64,000 nt of DNA from Eledone cirrhosa (Eukaryota). The position numbers and the translations under genes were made by a program. Under the pieces are notes generated by a model, which saw only the letters and a list, made by a program, of their open reading frames with translations, searched no databases and had not been told where the DNA came from. The stretch spans positions 96,348,001 to 96,412,000 of the forward strand of contig OZ024741.1 of assembly GCA_964016885.1 (NCBI GenBank). Reading direction: 5' to 3'. Of the stretch, positions 26,767-39,753 are shown one piece after another (the first letter of the stretch is position 1; each line of letters opens with the position of its first letter).

Positions 26767-27037
26767 TGCATATGGCCTGCCCGCCTAGCCAGTGGGATAG
26801 CGTTATTTTATGGCTAAAAGAGCACGACGTCCTGTGACCAGCGGCGCCGAATGGACGCCCGACAGACTGGTCGGTCAAGGTGATATATGTATGTAATCTG
26901 AGTTATATAAATGTAATCTGAGTTTTTCGAATATTAATAATAACATTCGATTCGTTTGCAATTATGCAAACAATTTTATAGCCATGTCAGTAGAATTAAC
27001 CCTTTATTCTTGCTCTTGTGTTGGCATGTGAACAGAA

Positions 27038-27081
27038 CTGCAGACACTCATGTTTCTGGGTATCACCCTTCATCAGTACAG
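27038..27081 (-). ncRNA. Canonical-core type I hammerhead ribozyme (GUC site)
   Basis: CTGTA-CTGATGA-a-GGGT gat ACCC-a-GAAA-CA tgag TG-TC-TGCAG. Stems I, II and III all pair, but the base of stem II is an A.A mismatch rather than G-C. Confidence 0.75.
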
Positions 27082-27248
27082 CCAGTGTGCTGATATGCAA
27101 GTCTGGCTGATCAGTGGATCTGCTAATATGCAAATCTGACTGATCAGCCAGTCTGCTAATATGCAAATCAGGCCGATCAGTCACTGTGTATTTTTGAAAA
27201 TAGCATATATTTTCACTAGCTCTGACAGTTTGGCAGGTGAACAGTGAG

Positions 27249-27292
27249 CTGTACTGATGAAGGGTGATACCCAGAAACATTAGTATCTGCAG
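27249..27292 (+). ncRNA. Second hammerhead copy with mutated stem III (AUC site)
   Basis: CTGTA-CTGATGA-AGGGTGATACCCA-GAAA-CATTAGTA-TC-TGCAG; the C15.2-G16.2 pair is lost. Confidence 0.6.
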
Positions 27293-27413
27293 TTCTGTTC
27301 ACATGCCAAAACAAGAGCTAGAATGAAGGGTTCATTCTACTGACATGGCTATAAAATTGAGGCTTGTTTGCATAATTGCAAACGAATCGAATGTTATTAT
27401 TAATATTCGAAAA

Positions 27414-27598
27414 GGCGGTGAATTGGCAGTATCCGTAGAGGGTTGGACGCCATGTTTTCTAGCATAGTTACGTCCCTTTACAGTCTGAGTTCAAATCCCG
27501 CCGAGGTCAACTTTGTCTTTCATCCTTACGGGGTCGATAAAATAAAGTACCAGTAATGTACTGGGTAATTGCTGGCCTTGTACCTAAAGTAGAAACAA
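27414..27598 (+). mobile_element. Full-length SINE with ~17-bp target-site duplication
   Basis: Starts GGCGGTGAATTGGCAG. TTATTAATATTCGAAAA is present on both sides (27397-27413 and 27599-27615). Confidence 0.85.
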
Positions 27599-27746
27599 TT
27601 ATTAATATTCGAAAAACTCAGATTACATTTATTGTATTCAGCCATGTAGAGCGAACATTTTCTTTTTCATATATATGTATATATACATTTCGCTTTATCT
27701 ACCCACTGAAATGCGATTCTCGCTGAATTTATATTTATATGGATAT

Positions 27747-28487
27747 ATATACATTAGTTAAGCAAAACAAGACCACAAATTTCACAAGGAAGACATTATT
27801 AAAAGATTGTCAACATATTTTAGTTTGATGTAAGGAATGTAGAGAATAATAATAATATTAATAATAATAATGTCCATTTACAATTGTTTCGCTACTCCAT
27901 ATAATATTTCTGGTTCAAATGATTATATATCATTATTGATCTGGTTCAGTTGAAAATAATTAACATAGGTTAAAATAGAGCAGCTCAACGGAACTTCAAA
28001 GGAATATAAATTAAAATAAGGAAAGAATGTTACATAAATGTAATGTTCCATATGTTGGTATTTCACTATGGTGTCCTGGGTATATCAATTGTCTGCCATA
28101 GTCGAGCACCATTTCTCTGTCGAGGCTGCATTTTGTGAGATCTGCCTGTGGGTAACAAGATACCAACATATGGAACATTACATTTATTGGATTGGCAGTA
28201 TCAGTAGAGGGTCGGACGCCATGCTTTCCAGCATAGTTACGTCCCTTTACGATCTGAGTTCAAATCCTGCCGAGGTTGACTTTGCCTTTCATCCTTACGG
28301 GGTTGATAAAATAAAGTACCAGTAATGCACTGGGTAATTGCTGGCCTTGTGCCTAAAGTAGAAACAATTATTATTAATATTATTATTATTCTCTACATTC
28401 CTTACATCAAATTAAATATGTTCACAATATTTTAATAATGTCTTCCTTGTGAAATTTGTGGTCTTGTTTTGCTTAACTAATGTATAT
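27747..28487. repeat. Nested inverted repeats (~120-bp outer, ~30-bp inner) containing a SINE (28188-28370, +)
   Basis: 27747-27868 is the reverse complement of 28368-28487, and ~28034-28061 is the reverse complement of ~28139-28167. Confidence 0.8.
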
Positions 28488-28699
28488 TTCCAGCTCTGTC
28501 CAGCTAACCTCTGCATGAACTCAGCCACCAAGTTGCCTTCCACTGCATATTGCACATTGAGCACATGCCTTTATGCTTTGGCTTTTAACTAATTCACCAA
28601 TCTCTCCTCTCCTATCTCCATCTCTCTTTAAGATTGGTTACTCTTGAACTGTGTATGTATTTATATATATATATATACACGAGTATATGTATGTATATA

Positions 28700-29106
28700 T
28701 TGGCTAATTTTGGGGCCTCAACGTAGTCAACGAAAGGATTGGCGTAGTTAGGGCCCCTCCTTGTGCCCATGACAGGCCCGCTAACCTGTTGGTAAACATC
28801 ACCCAAAAAGGAAAAGGAATTGAGGGTAAGGACCAGCTTCGCAATGTGGATGAGGGTGGAGGCAGAGATTTGAGGTGGTGTGAATGTCGGAAGTGTTGAC
28901 GGGCACGAAGATTTCCGATGTGTGGAAAGACAGTGAAGAGGTATTTGATGTCGAGTGTAAAAAGATGGGGTAGGGTGGGTGGGAAGAAAATTTAATCGAA
29001 GTGGTGGAGGGGGTGATTGGTGTCGGACATATGGGAAGGGAGGGAGGCTACTAGAGGTGCAAGGGTGGAGTCTAGGTAGGTGAAGATGAGTTGTGTGGGG
29101 CAGTGA
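28700..29106 (-). pseudogene. Penelope-like reverse transcriptase fragment
   Basis: HCPTQLIFTYLDS...YQQVSGPVMGTRRGPNYANPFVDYVE matches the PLE RT motif YxQxxGxxMGxxxxPxxANxF. Frameshifted, with (TA)n at the edges. Confidence 0.7.
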
Positions 29107-29280
29107 TATATATATATATATATGTATATATATGTGTGTATATATATATATATATGTATATGTGTATATATATATATATGCTTATTTAATATTGTAAATA
29201 TACTCCAAGTATTTGTCGAGTGCTTTTATATCAGTTATAAATATTTACTAGTTGTAACCCAACAATTTTAAATATAACTT

Positions 29281-29320
<40 letters not shown>

Positions 29321-29394
29321 AAAACGGCTTAAGCTCTGCTGTCGGGGTCATACATTTTCCTATATATATATATATTCGACATATATATATACAC

Positions 29395-29453
<59 letters not shown>

Positions 29454-29649
29454 TATATTTATACATATATATATATATATATATCACTGCCCCACATATA
29501 AATTTATATATATACATACATATATACACACACATATATATATACATATATCACTGCTCCACACACATATATATATATATATATACATATATACACACAC
29601 ACATATATATATATATATTTATATATATATATATATATATCATTATCAA

Positions 29650-30055
29650 AGGGCGGTGGGTGGATTGGCAGTATCGGTAGAGAGTCGGACACCATGCTTT
29701 GCAGCATAGAATTACAGTCCTATATCGTCTGAGTTGAAATCCCGTCCAGGTTAACTTTGCCTTTCATCCTTACGGAGTCGATAAAATAAAGTACCAGTAA
29801 TGCACAGTGTAATTGCTGGCCCTGTGCCAAATGTAGAAACAATTATTTATATATATATCATTATATATCGGTGGATTGGCAGTAACGGTAGAGGGTCGGA
29901 CGCCATGCTTTCCAGCATAGTTATGTCCCTTTCCGGCCCGAGTTCAAATCCCGTCCAGGTTAAATTTGCCTTTCATCCTTACGGGGTCGATAAAATAAAG
30001 TACCAGTAATACACTGGGTAATTTCTGGCCATGTGCCAAATGTAGAAACAATTAT
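29650..30055 (+). mobile_element. Two tandem SINE copies
   Basis: Full head, central domain and GAAACAATT end, twice. Confidence 0.85.
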
Positions 30056-30076
30056 ATATATATATATATATATATA

Positions 30077-30221
30077 GGAAAATGTATGACCACAGCAGCA
30101 GAGCTCAAGCCGCCGAAATGTCGGGGTCATACATTTTCCTATTACCCACTCTACTACCTTAAGTATTGAGTACTCTGGTACGTTATGGTCCATCTGGTTC
30201 CTTACCACAACTCCTCCGTTA
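30077..30221. mobile_element. Fold-back fragment of the variant-HHR pLTR family in (TA)n
   Basis: AGGAAAATGTATGACC...GTCGGGGTCATACATTTTCCT inverted pair followed by the family tail. A smaller piece is at 29318-29361. Confidence 0.75.
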
Positions 30222-31212
30222 TATATATAGATAGAGAGAGAGTGTGTGTGTGTGTGTTCGCGTGCCTTCGTGTGTGTGTATGTGTGCGAGTGTGTGTTTG
30301 TGTATATGTCTATATATATGTGTGTATGTATTTGTACCGTCACTGATACTTCCTAATAAACATCAAGGCAATTTTCAATGGAATTAAAAAAGTGTTTTCT
30401 AATTCTTTTTCCTAAGTTAATTTTCCGTAGATAAATAACTACACTAGTTACCATAAGTATAGTGTGTATGTGCCTATTTATATAAATATTTCTCTGTCTG
30501 TTGGATTATAAACTCTTCTACGTTTTCTTTGTTTTAGTAGAGTCTTCTTCTGTTTATACTGTATAATTAGGTATTTTACTAATGCAGTAAACTATATATT
30601 ATTTCATGATTACTCAACCTCTTTCCTACACTTATGCTTATATAAAATAGCTGTCAAACTCCCAAAAAAATTTGAGTTAAATCTCATCAGTTCGTATTTA
30701 TAATTCTTTCGTACTTTATGACTATCTGACAGCTGCCAATAAGAAGAATTTATGGCAGTTATAAATTAACATCTCCCCTTTCTCCCACCCCTATTGACAT
30801 TATCGTAAACAAAATCTTTTGTTACTATGATGTTGCTTTCCTTTTTATCGTTATTTTTCTAAAAACATGTAAGTACTACTGTAAATATTATTATTTCATA
30901 TCTTTAAAAATACCTAAATATTGAAACAATTTTTCAGTTGTAAGTTATTCATTTTTTAATGAATCTTTAGACACATACACACACACACAAACACGCTCAC
31001 ACACACAAATATATATATATATATATATATATATGTTACTATATATATATATTTATATATATATATATGTGTGTGTGAGTGTGTGTGTGTTAATATTATA
31101 TATATATATATATATCCCACACATCCACACCCATGCCCACGCATCGAACTTTAATTGGTCGCCAACGGTCACGATATCAGCAGCGGCTTTTTCGCGTCCG
31201 TGCCAAGTGATG

Positions 31213-31304
<92 letters not shown>

Positions 31305-31799
31305 AGTGCTAACGATTGTCTCTATTATAGTAAGTGAGAAAAAAAGGTGAGGTTATATCTGTTTTATATAACAACAACATATCTTTTAAATCACAATCTA
31401 ACGTTAAAACGGTAAGGAAAGGAAGAACATATTAGTTAAAGTAGTGCTCAATAACGCTATAAAATGTAACTATGCCGGATGACCACGGCTACAAAGCCTT
31501 CTGAGGTCTTCTAGATCTGAGGTCTTCTAGATCTGAGTTCACTAATGTTTAAACAACAAAATCTGCACTATGGTTTATTCTATTAAATAGCCATTTTATC
31601 TACTAGTATAGTAAATGTAGGCAAGGATGTTTTTCTATAGTAAAGCCTAACTGTTACACAATTTAAATTTATCTCTTTCACGTGTGTTATGCCGAAGACT
31701 TAAATTATTTCGAAATCTCATGTTTATCCGATATAATTTTAATGCAGTTCTTTTAGAAATCTTCTAAAGTTGGTCAATCCTATTTCATCCTGTTTGATC

Positions 31800-31838
31800 C
31801 TTCTTCTTCTTCTTCTTCTTCTTCTTCTTCTTCTTCTT

Positions 31839-31867
<29 letters not shown>
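31800..31867. repeat. (CTT)n microsatellite
   Basis: Pure run. Confidence 0.95.
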
Positions 31868-31869
<2 letters not shown>

Positions 31870-32656
31870 AATTTAGAAGAGAAAAAAGAAATTGGATACT
31901 TAAGAGGAGATAATCTCTTAAGAATCCAGTTCTATACTTCTCTTCATCTTCCTTATCATCATCACCATCACCATCCTATCACCGTCATCCTCCTCCTCTT
32001 CCATTTCCGGCCTTTACTCTACCTTCTTCCTTCTCCTATCTATTCCTATTGGTTTTAGTGTTGTTCTTGCTTTTATTCCCAACTACCTCATCTGGGATTC
32101 TTTTCGTTGCTGTCGCTACTGAGAAATAAATTTACAGTTTTATTTTGTCACATCTAAAATGATAACGACCGTAAGCGAAATTTATTACACCTGTTGTTAC
32201 AAATTTGCCACTTGTGAATTGACTGATGACAATGAACATCAACTGGTAACCATTCTCAGGAGTTTCCAAGATTAAGTCTGAATCCTTAACGTATCTTCAT
32301 GAACGCCTGGTTGTTCCTAACGATAAAATCGCATGTACGAACACCATTAATTAAGCTGGCGTTGATGTATAAAGAGAGTATAATACATGGCTAAGTAATT
32401 GATGCACGTATGCAATGCAATTCATCAAACAAGTTTAGGGATTTAGTGTATTGGTCTCTGCGATCTGTGTGTGGCATCGATATTGCTTGCGTTATTCGAC
32501 GTAAAAACCGTTTCTGTTTATTTTCCAGATGCGTGTGGATATAAATTACACTGAAATTAAAAACGTGTATAAAATCACTTTCTCAAAATTGTATGAATGA
32601 GTTCAATATTATGTTTCGTTTTGACTATTACTAAAACAACAACAACAATAACAATC

Positions 32657-32751
<95 letters not shown>

Positions 32752-32752
<1 letters not shown>

Positions 32753-33050
32753 GATTTCAAACTGATAGAATAATTAAACATTGCTAATCGCACATTGTCG
32801 TATTGAAGGAAAAGGAGAAATACTGTCAAATCATCGACGTGGCCATACCAAATTTCACGAATATTGTGAGTAAGGAGATTGAAAAAAATCACCAAGTACT
32901 CTGAATTGAAAGTGGAGCTGGCAAGACTATTCGGAATCCAGGAAGCTAATGGGAAAGTGATTCCAGTTGTGATCTGGGCATTAGGATCAATCTCATTGAA
33001 ACTTCAACACTTCTGAAAGCGACTGGGATACCATACAGGTTGTGAGTATA
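32752..33050 (+). pseudogene. R4/Dong-type non-LTR retrotransposon RLE-domain remnant next to (CAA)n(CTA)n
   Basis: Pieced translation QTDRIIKH..IVVLKEKEKYCQIIDVAIP...KEIEK/ITKYSELKVELARL...VIPVVIWALGSI matches the PD-(D/E)xK RLE, K..KY..L and P.V.GALG motifs. Confidence 0.65.
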
Positions 33051-34427
33051 AATACCTATTTATCAGGCATTTCTAGTTTTATTTGTCTTTGGAAGTGTTC
33101 CTTTTAAAGTCCTTTCTCTCATATTCTTCTCCAGATTCCATCTTTGAACGATTGCTGCAAAACGTTGTAGGAAAACAGCATCACGAAGTCTCTTTTTGGC
33201 TTTCTACCAAAGGGAATGTCTCGTATCTTACACTGTACGTTCCTTGTGTCAGCAGGACTGACGAGGAGGCTTTTCAATTTGGCCTTGCTTCAGGTCCAGG
33301 CATCAACAGAGCTACGACAGATGGTACTGTAGAAACACTGCCAACAGCAGATGCCATGTCCTGCATTAGAAGTGGCCTTCAGCTGTTGCTGTTTCTGCTG
33401 CTGTCTCTTATGTGCTACCCTTCACTTTTTCTCTTTTTCCTTGCTGGGCAGTGGAAACTTAAGTGCTTCGTATTTTCCTCACGTGCATCATTCGTACTTT
33501 CTACCTAATTTCAACAGTCCCCCCCCCCAAAAAAAAAAGGGGGTATAACACTTGGTAGATTACCTATATCTAAAATTCTCTTATTGCTGATATTACAAGC
33601 ACAAGATAAATATTTGATGTTGATTTCTCTATGGAACTTTAGAATATAGTGTTTCAGTCTGTCAGTGTGAGATGTAAATTGCAGTTTTACTACATTGCCT
33701 TGCTGTGAAACAGAGTTTTGGTGAAATACTGTTCCAAGTATCCAGGACATAAGAATATAAATTATCTATATTTGCTTCATTATTCTTTATTTTACGAAAG
33801 TAAATCATTTAGAATTGTGAAATTATTAATAGACCATTTCATATAAAATCCAGACAAGCATTAACAATTAACAAAAAGTATAAACGTTTCTAAATGTCAA
33901 CAACCAGGCAAGCAAACAAACCATTCAGACGATTGTTTGCGCTATATCAACTACAGATTGTGCTTCTCTTAATAGAAATACTCATTGTGATCTTCAATCA
34001 AACTTAGCTTTATAAAATCGTTATTTGAAGCGCACATTTAATAAGTTCTAGCCAGCAATTACAATATTTCTACGAGTAAATTACAAGAATATAGGAACGA
34101 TTGTTCTGTAATGGACATTTCAACAGACCAAAACGATAGAATCGCCGTATAATTCTGATAGGATACCAATAACACCCCATTTGCACACAGAATTAGAAAG
34201 CACAAACGTATTTTGTATAAAATATATTTTAAAAGCGAAATTTATTCCACCAACAGAATAGATGAAATAAACATTTAGAATAACATAAAAGAGAACCCGT
34301 ACGTAAATGTTTCGGAGTATCTCATTGAACCTTTTAATTGTCAGTCAGCATCTACTATTTATAAATGATGTACCTATGAATAAAGTAGACTCTCTATTTA
34401 ATACAATGAAAGCTGAACAGTAATAAA

Positions 34428-34585
34428 TAATTGTTTCTACTTTTGGCACAAGGCCAGCAATTACCCAGTGTATAACTGGAACTTTATTTTATCGACCCTG
34501 TAAAGATGAAAGGCAAAGTTAACCTCGGCGGGATTTAAACTCAGAATGACAAGGGCCGTAACTCTATGCATGGCGTCCGACCCTC
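34428..34585 (-). mobile_element. SINE copy
   Basis: Diagnostic motifs as above. Confidence 0.8.
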
Positions 34586-36063
34586 TTCAACAATTCTCAC
34601 TGATCTTTCAGAGATAGCTTATTTACAACTCATTTCTTATCATACTCTTTCGAGAACACCCTGCTTGTAACACACTTATACATATTACATTCCTGCGTAT
34701 AAATATTACATTCCTAAACACAATTAGATTCAGTAACATAACGCCAAAGACCAAATGTAAAGGTGCAAGGAATGATGATTCCCTTGAAAGTCCGAATAGT
34801 GTACCTTAAAATGTTGAAATATTTGCATAACCTTGTATATTTTGCCCTACATTTATCCAATCCAGCTTTCCAGAACGGAACAGAAATCTGTAGCACAATC
34901 GGGAGCCTCAAAGAACCAACTGAAAGCTTTGTATTAATCCATACGCTGAATCTAATCCAAGTATAGTATCCACATATACTCTGATGTTTCGCAGGGCGTT
35001 GTAGAGATTTGCGTGATCAGGACCACACTGCCAATGACTTACGCTTGCAGCTTCAAGAGTGCCTTAGACAAAATAATAAAATCTGCATTCAGCAGAGTTA
35101 TAGAGAGGACATTGTCTGTGATATCCTCCTTATTCGTGTCTTTTCTCTCTTCTTAATACCAGGTTGAACGTTTTCAGTCTTCTGCCAATTACAATATATA
35201 ATTTTAAAGAAGGGTAACTTTCGATATGAACAACTTTTTTAAACAATGAGCTCGTGAATGTATTTCCTTCAAGATGTACCCAATTCGTGCTCAAAGAATG
35301 AAACCACTTGGTGTTGTTCTCAGGCCATTAATTATGAATATAGTGCTACTACTAATAAATATTTGAATAGCAAAACACTTTATAAGTAAGCTATTTACAT
35401 ACAACTTTCTGAAACTAATTTCTGAAGATCGTGTAGGCAACAATTGTTGTGTGGCATTGCATGTCTATGAAATATGAAGAGAACAATAATAAGAAGTTAA
35501 TATAAATATTATATTCATATTGTAATAGATAAAAGAAAGAAAAAGAAACAAACAAAACCACGAAATACGAAAAAGAGTTTCTCTAAATTTTCAAAGGAAA
35601 GGAGATAGGATTTTTCTGAATGTTAAACCTTTCATCACGATAACAATAATAACAAGCTTATTTTTAATACTGTACAAGACAAAAGGAAAAGAATGTAAGA
35701 GTTATATTTTCCCAGGGAAACGGATATGATTTTTTAAATTATAAACCTTTTGTTGATTTTACTTTTTTACATATATACAATAGTAGAGTGCAGATATTGA
35801 TGTATGTTTTTCTCCTTTCTCTCTTAAGATATACTTTGAAAAACATTCTGAAGATTAACAACGGCAGCAGTAAAAACAACGAAAAGAACTACGCATGCAA
35901 ACACATACGCGCACGCGCAAAAAACCCCACTTTCCTCACTCAGTCATATATCATGTTTACGAAAATCATAAAAAGTTGTTCTTTACATTTATTGAGAAAA
36001 ATCAAAATATTTTTTTCAAAATTATATTTTTATTGACTCTAAAATTCAAAATTTGAAAGTGTC

Positions 36064-36095
<32 letters not shown>

Positions 36096-36160
36096 TGTAT
36101 GTATGTATGTATGTATGTATGTATGTATGTATGTATGTATGTATGTATGTATGTATGTAT

Positions 36161-36757
36161 ATTGGTGCTACTGGTAACATGTATCCCAGTACAGCCTGTC
36201 TCATGGTCGGGTCGTTAGCGACTAAACTGGCAACCCCACCAAGGGTTCTTGGTGAGGAGGGTGACTTTGGACATCCTGCAAGACTAAAAAAAAAACCTGT
36301 CAAAGGGCAAAGGAGCTCTTAAGAGTCAATGGCCATCCAAAATCACCGGGGAGATGACCCCTTAGCCTTTGTCAAGGCAGAATTCTAGGAGAAGGAAAAC
36401 TCTGATATAACACCTGCAACCCTGATGGTATCCAATGATGTTGACTTGTTCTTCTTTTTGGTAAATATCATCTTGGTTAAGAGAGCGGGACTGGCTTTGT
36501 GCAGTGCCTTTGCTCACTATAAAAGCTTCACGGCACAGGCATTGCTTTATATCTGGAGATCTCTCTGCACTTGTCGTCACATGGTACCATGGGCCCAGCA
36601 CTATGTGTCAATAATTGTCACAAGTGTAGTGTTTGAACCAGAGTTTTCAAATCGCTGGCATGACTAAAAAGTCACACTCGTTCAGCGCATCGGTAGGTGT
36701 TCTCCTACATGGATATAAAGTAGTGGCCGTACTCGAAAACGAGTTGGCAGCCATCAT
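36161..36757 (+). mobile_element. Second ~600-bp RTE-like non-autonomous element in (TATG)n
   Basis: Colinear and highly similar to 18973-19570. Confidence 0.65.
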
Positions 36758-36794
36758 GTATGTATGTATGTATGTATGTATGTATGTATGTATG

Positions 36795-36825
<31 letters not shown>

Positions 36826-36850
36826 GCATGTATGTATGTACGTGCATAAA

Positions 36851-36917
<67 letters not shown>

Positions 36918-37499
36918 CCCCTCTCCATCAATGCATATATATATATATATCAAAACATATATATATATATATATATATATGCACATTCAATAAATAAAAT
37001 ACCAAATACTGATCGTAGCGGTAAAAGAGTAGGTACTATAAATAGAAACTACTTACTTCCCACGTTCCTCAGAAGACAATATCAACGAAACACTGAACCA
37101 AATAGTCGCCATTGCATTATATATAGATACTGGGAAAATAATAATAGGAATTGAAGGTGCACCTAATGCTTTGGCTTATTTTTCTTTATATATACGTACA
37201 TACACATTCATAATACTCAACTAAAAGAAATTAGTTCATAAAATATGAATTATGTTTCTTTTTTTTTATATATAAGTAAGCGTTCAGAAATAGACATGAT
37301 TATCTAATTAAAATTTGCTCTAACCTCTTTCGCTTTGTGTAGCTTGTCAAAGTTTCATTTTAATTTCTATTGATGTTGAATATATTTTTTCTCACACATT
37401 GCAATATACTGTTTCTTATTTGTTACCCTCAAGGTGTTGTTGTTAGTTGCTTACGCTTTAATCGACAAACAAAACCATATGAGAGATGTAACTGAATAT

Positions 37500-37539
<40 letters not shown>

Positions 37540-37543
<4 letters not shown>

Positions 37544-37632
37544 GAAGGAAGTGTGGTACGGAACCAGATGGACTATAACGCAATACTTAGGGTAGTAGGA
37601 AAAATATGAAAAGTTAGGGCCTTGAACATTTT

Positions 37633-37675
<43 letters not shown>

Positions 37676-38087
37676 AGAAATTAAAAGATGGTTAAAAAAG
37701 TTATTTGCGTTCTCATATTTGCGTTCTCATCAGATAAAATAGGGAGAAATGATATGAAGCTTAAAAAAACCCTTGTGAGCAAGGTAGTGTCTAATCAACA
37801 TGTGATAAATAAATTTAAAAGGAGACTGGAAAAAAGGAAAGGAGGGGAAGAAAAGTAAGGAAGAGGAAGAAAGGAAAAAAAAATATATATATAGAAAAAA
37901 GTATGACCCCGACGGCAGAGCTCTAGCCGTTTCGACCACTATTTCTGGACTCAGAAATAGCCGTCGAAACAGCTTGAGCTCTGCCGTCGGTGTCATACTT
38001 TTTCCTATTTCCCACTCTACTACTCTAAGTATTGAGTACTCTTTGCGTTATGGTCCATCTGGTTCCTTACCAACATTCCTTTGTTAT
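37540..38087. mobile_element. Two variant-HHR pLTR family fragments (37540-37637; fold-back 37893-38087)
   Basis: GACCCCGACGGCAGAGCTCTAGCCGTTTCGAC...GAAATAGCCGTCGAAACAGCTTGAGCTCTGCCGTC, with (TA)n ends. Confidence 0.75.
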
Positions 38088-38348
38088 ATATATATATATA
38101 TATATATTAATAAAGTTATATCTCAACCGAGATTGCATCCTCCCTTATAAATATACCTCATATGTAGACATGTAAACATACATACTCTTATTGGACCCTC
38201 ATCAGAAGATGTTTAAATCATCAAATTAAGAACAAGGGGATAAGTTTTTGATGCATATACCCATTCACTCTTAGAACTTCTCTGAATTATAATACTAATT
38301 AGCGCTTTACATGAAGTTCTGAGTTGCAATGATCGTGATTCATGTAGC

Positions 38349-38385
<37 letters not shown>

Positions 38386-38514
38386 GAGAGAGATGGGAAT
38401 GTTATAAAAGAAGTATAGTTGAAGTAGGCTATATGCAAACTAATTTTCAAATACAAAATCAAGGGAAAAAACTTTTATAAGTTTTTCTTGAATCACCACC
38501 TCTTTACGGACAAC

Positions 38515-38890
38515 TGACACTGCATACCAAGTCCGAACACAGGAGAGTCGCACTCCCACTGTCATCGCCTCCATCTCTCTCGCCCTTCCCATCTCTCTCT
38601 ATTGTGAGAAAATGAGGTCCCACATGCTGGCCGCCCCACGGCCCCGGTGAACAGAATGAAGAAGGCATTTCTCCGGAGGATGGTAAGGGAGATGCAATGG
38701 AAGCACCATTCCATCTCGCGAGGCTCAACTCTGCGGCTAACTAACTCAGCGCCTATGGTGGTAAGTAGGGAGGTAGCTCTAGGGCCAAGGACACCAGAAG
38801 TCTCCACTGCTAGGGGCTCGACTGAAAACCTGTCGGAGAGCGACCGATACTTGGAGAGATATATAGTAAGAAGTGCGCTACCAGCCATAC
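38515..38890 (-). mobile_element. 3' end of CRE-type RLE non-LTR retrotransposon
   Basis: KYRSLSDRFSVEPLAVETSGVLGPRATSLLTTIGAELVSRRVEPREMEWCFHCISLTILRRNA matches the KY...P.AVET.G..G...S....RGNA C-terminal signature. Confidence 0.7.
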
Positions 38891-39064
38891 AGAGTGTTTA
38901 AACGTGACTGTACCAACGTGTTTAACTTATTTTTCATACATTTCGACACAGGTTGATGTATATATATTTATTAAAATAACAGATTAAGGTTTAAGCAACG
39001 AATCGCTGCTTTCGCCCTTAACGGGATCTTCTGAAACTAACATATATATATATATATATATATA

Positions 39065-39753
<689 letters not shown>

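Larger units (their letters stand above)
26908..27631. mobile_element. Inverted-repeat element with ~175-bp arms, each bearing a hammerhead; right arm interrupted by a SINE
   Basis: Left arm 26908-27082 pairs with 27248-27413 plus 27616-27631. The spacer holds three ~33-bp repeats. Confidence 0.8.

Noticed and set aside
26773-26882. GCCCGCCTAGCCAGTGGGATAG as a tRNA gene
   Set aside because: No T-loop/B-box or cloverleaf; more likely a fragment of another SINE.
27079-27180. 33-bp repeats, and the 196-bp repeats at 21805-22392, as CRISPR-like arrays
   Set aside because: The repeats are contiguous with no unique spacers, there are no cas genes, and the context is eukaryotic.
33083-33508. 141-aa ORF / coding-like composition as a host exon or piggyBac C-terminus
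   Set aside because: No recognisable domain on the plus strand. The minus frames have stops and only vague similarity to a transposase end.
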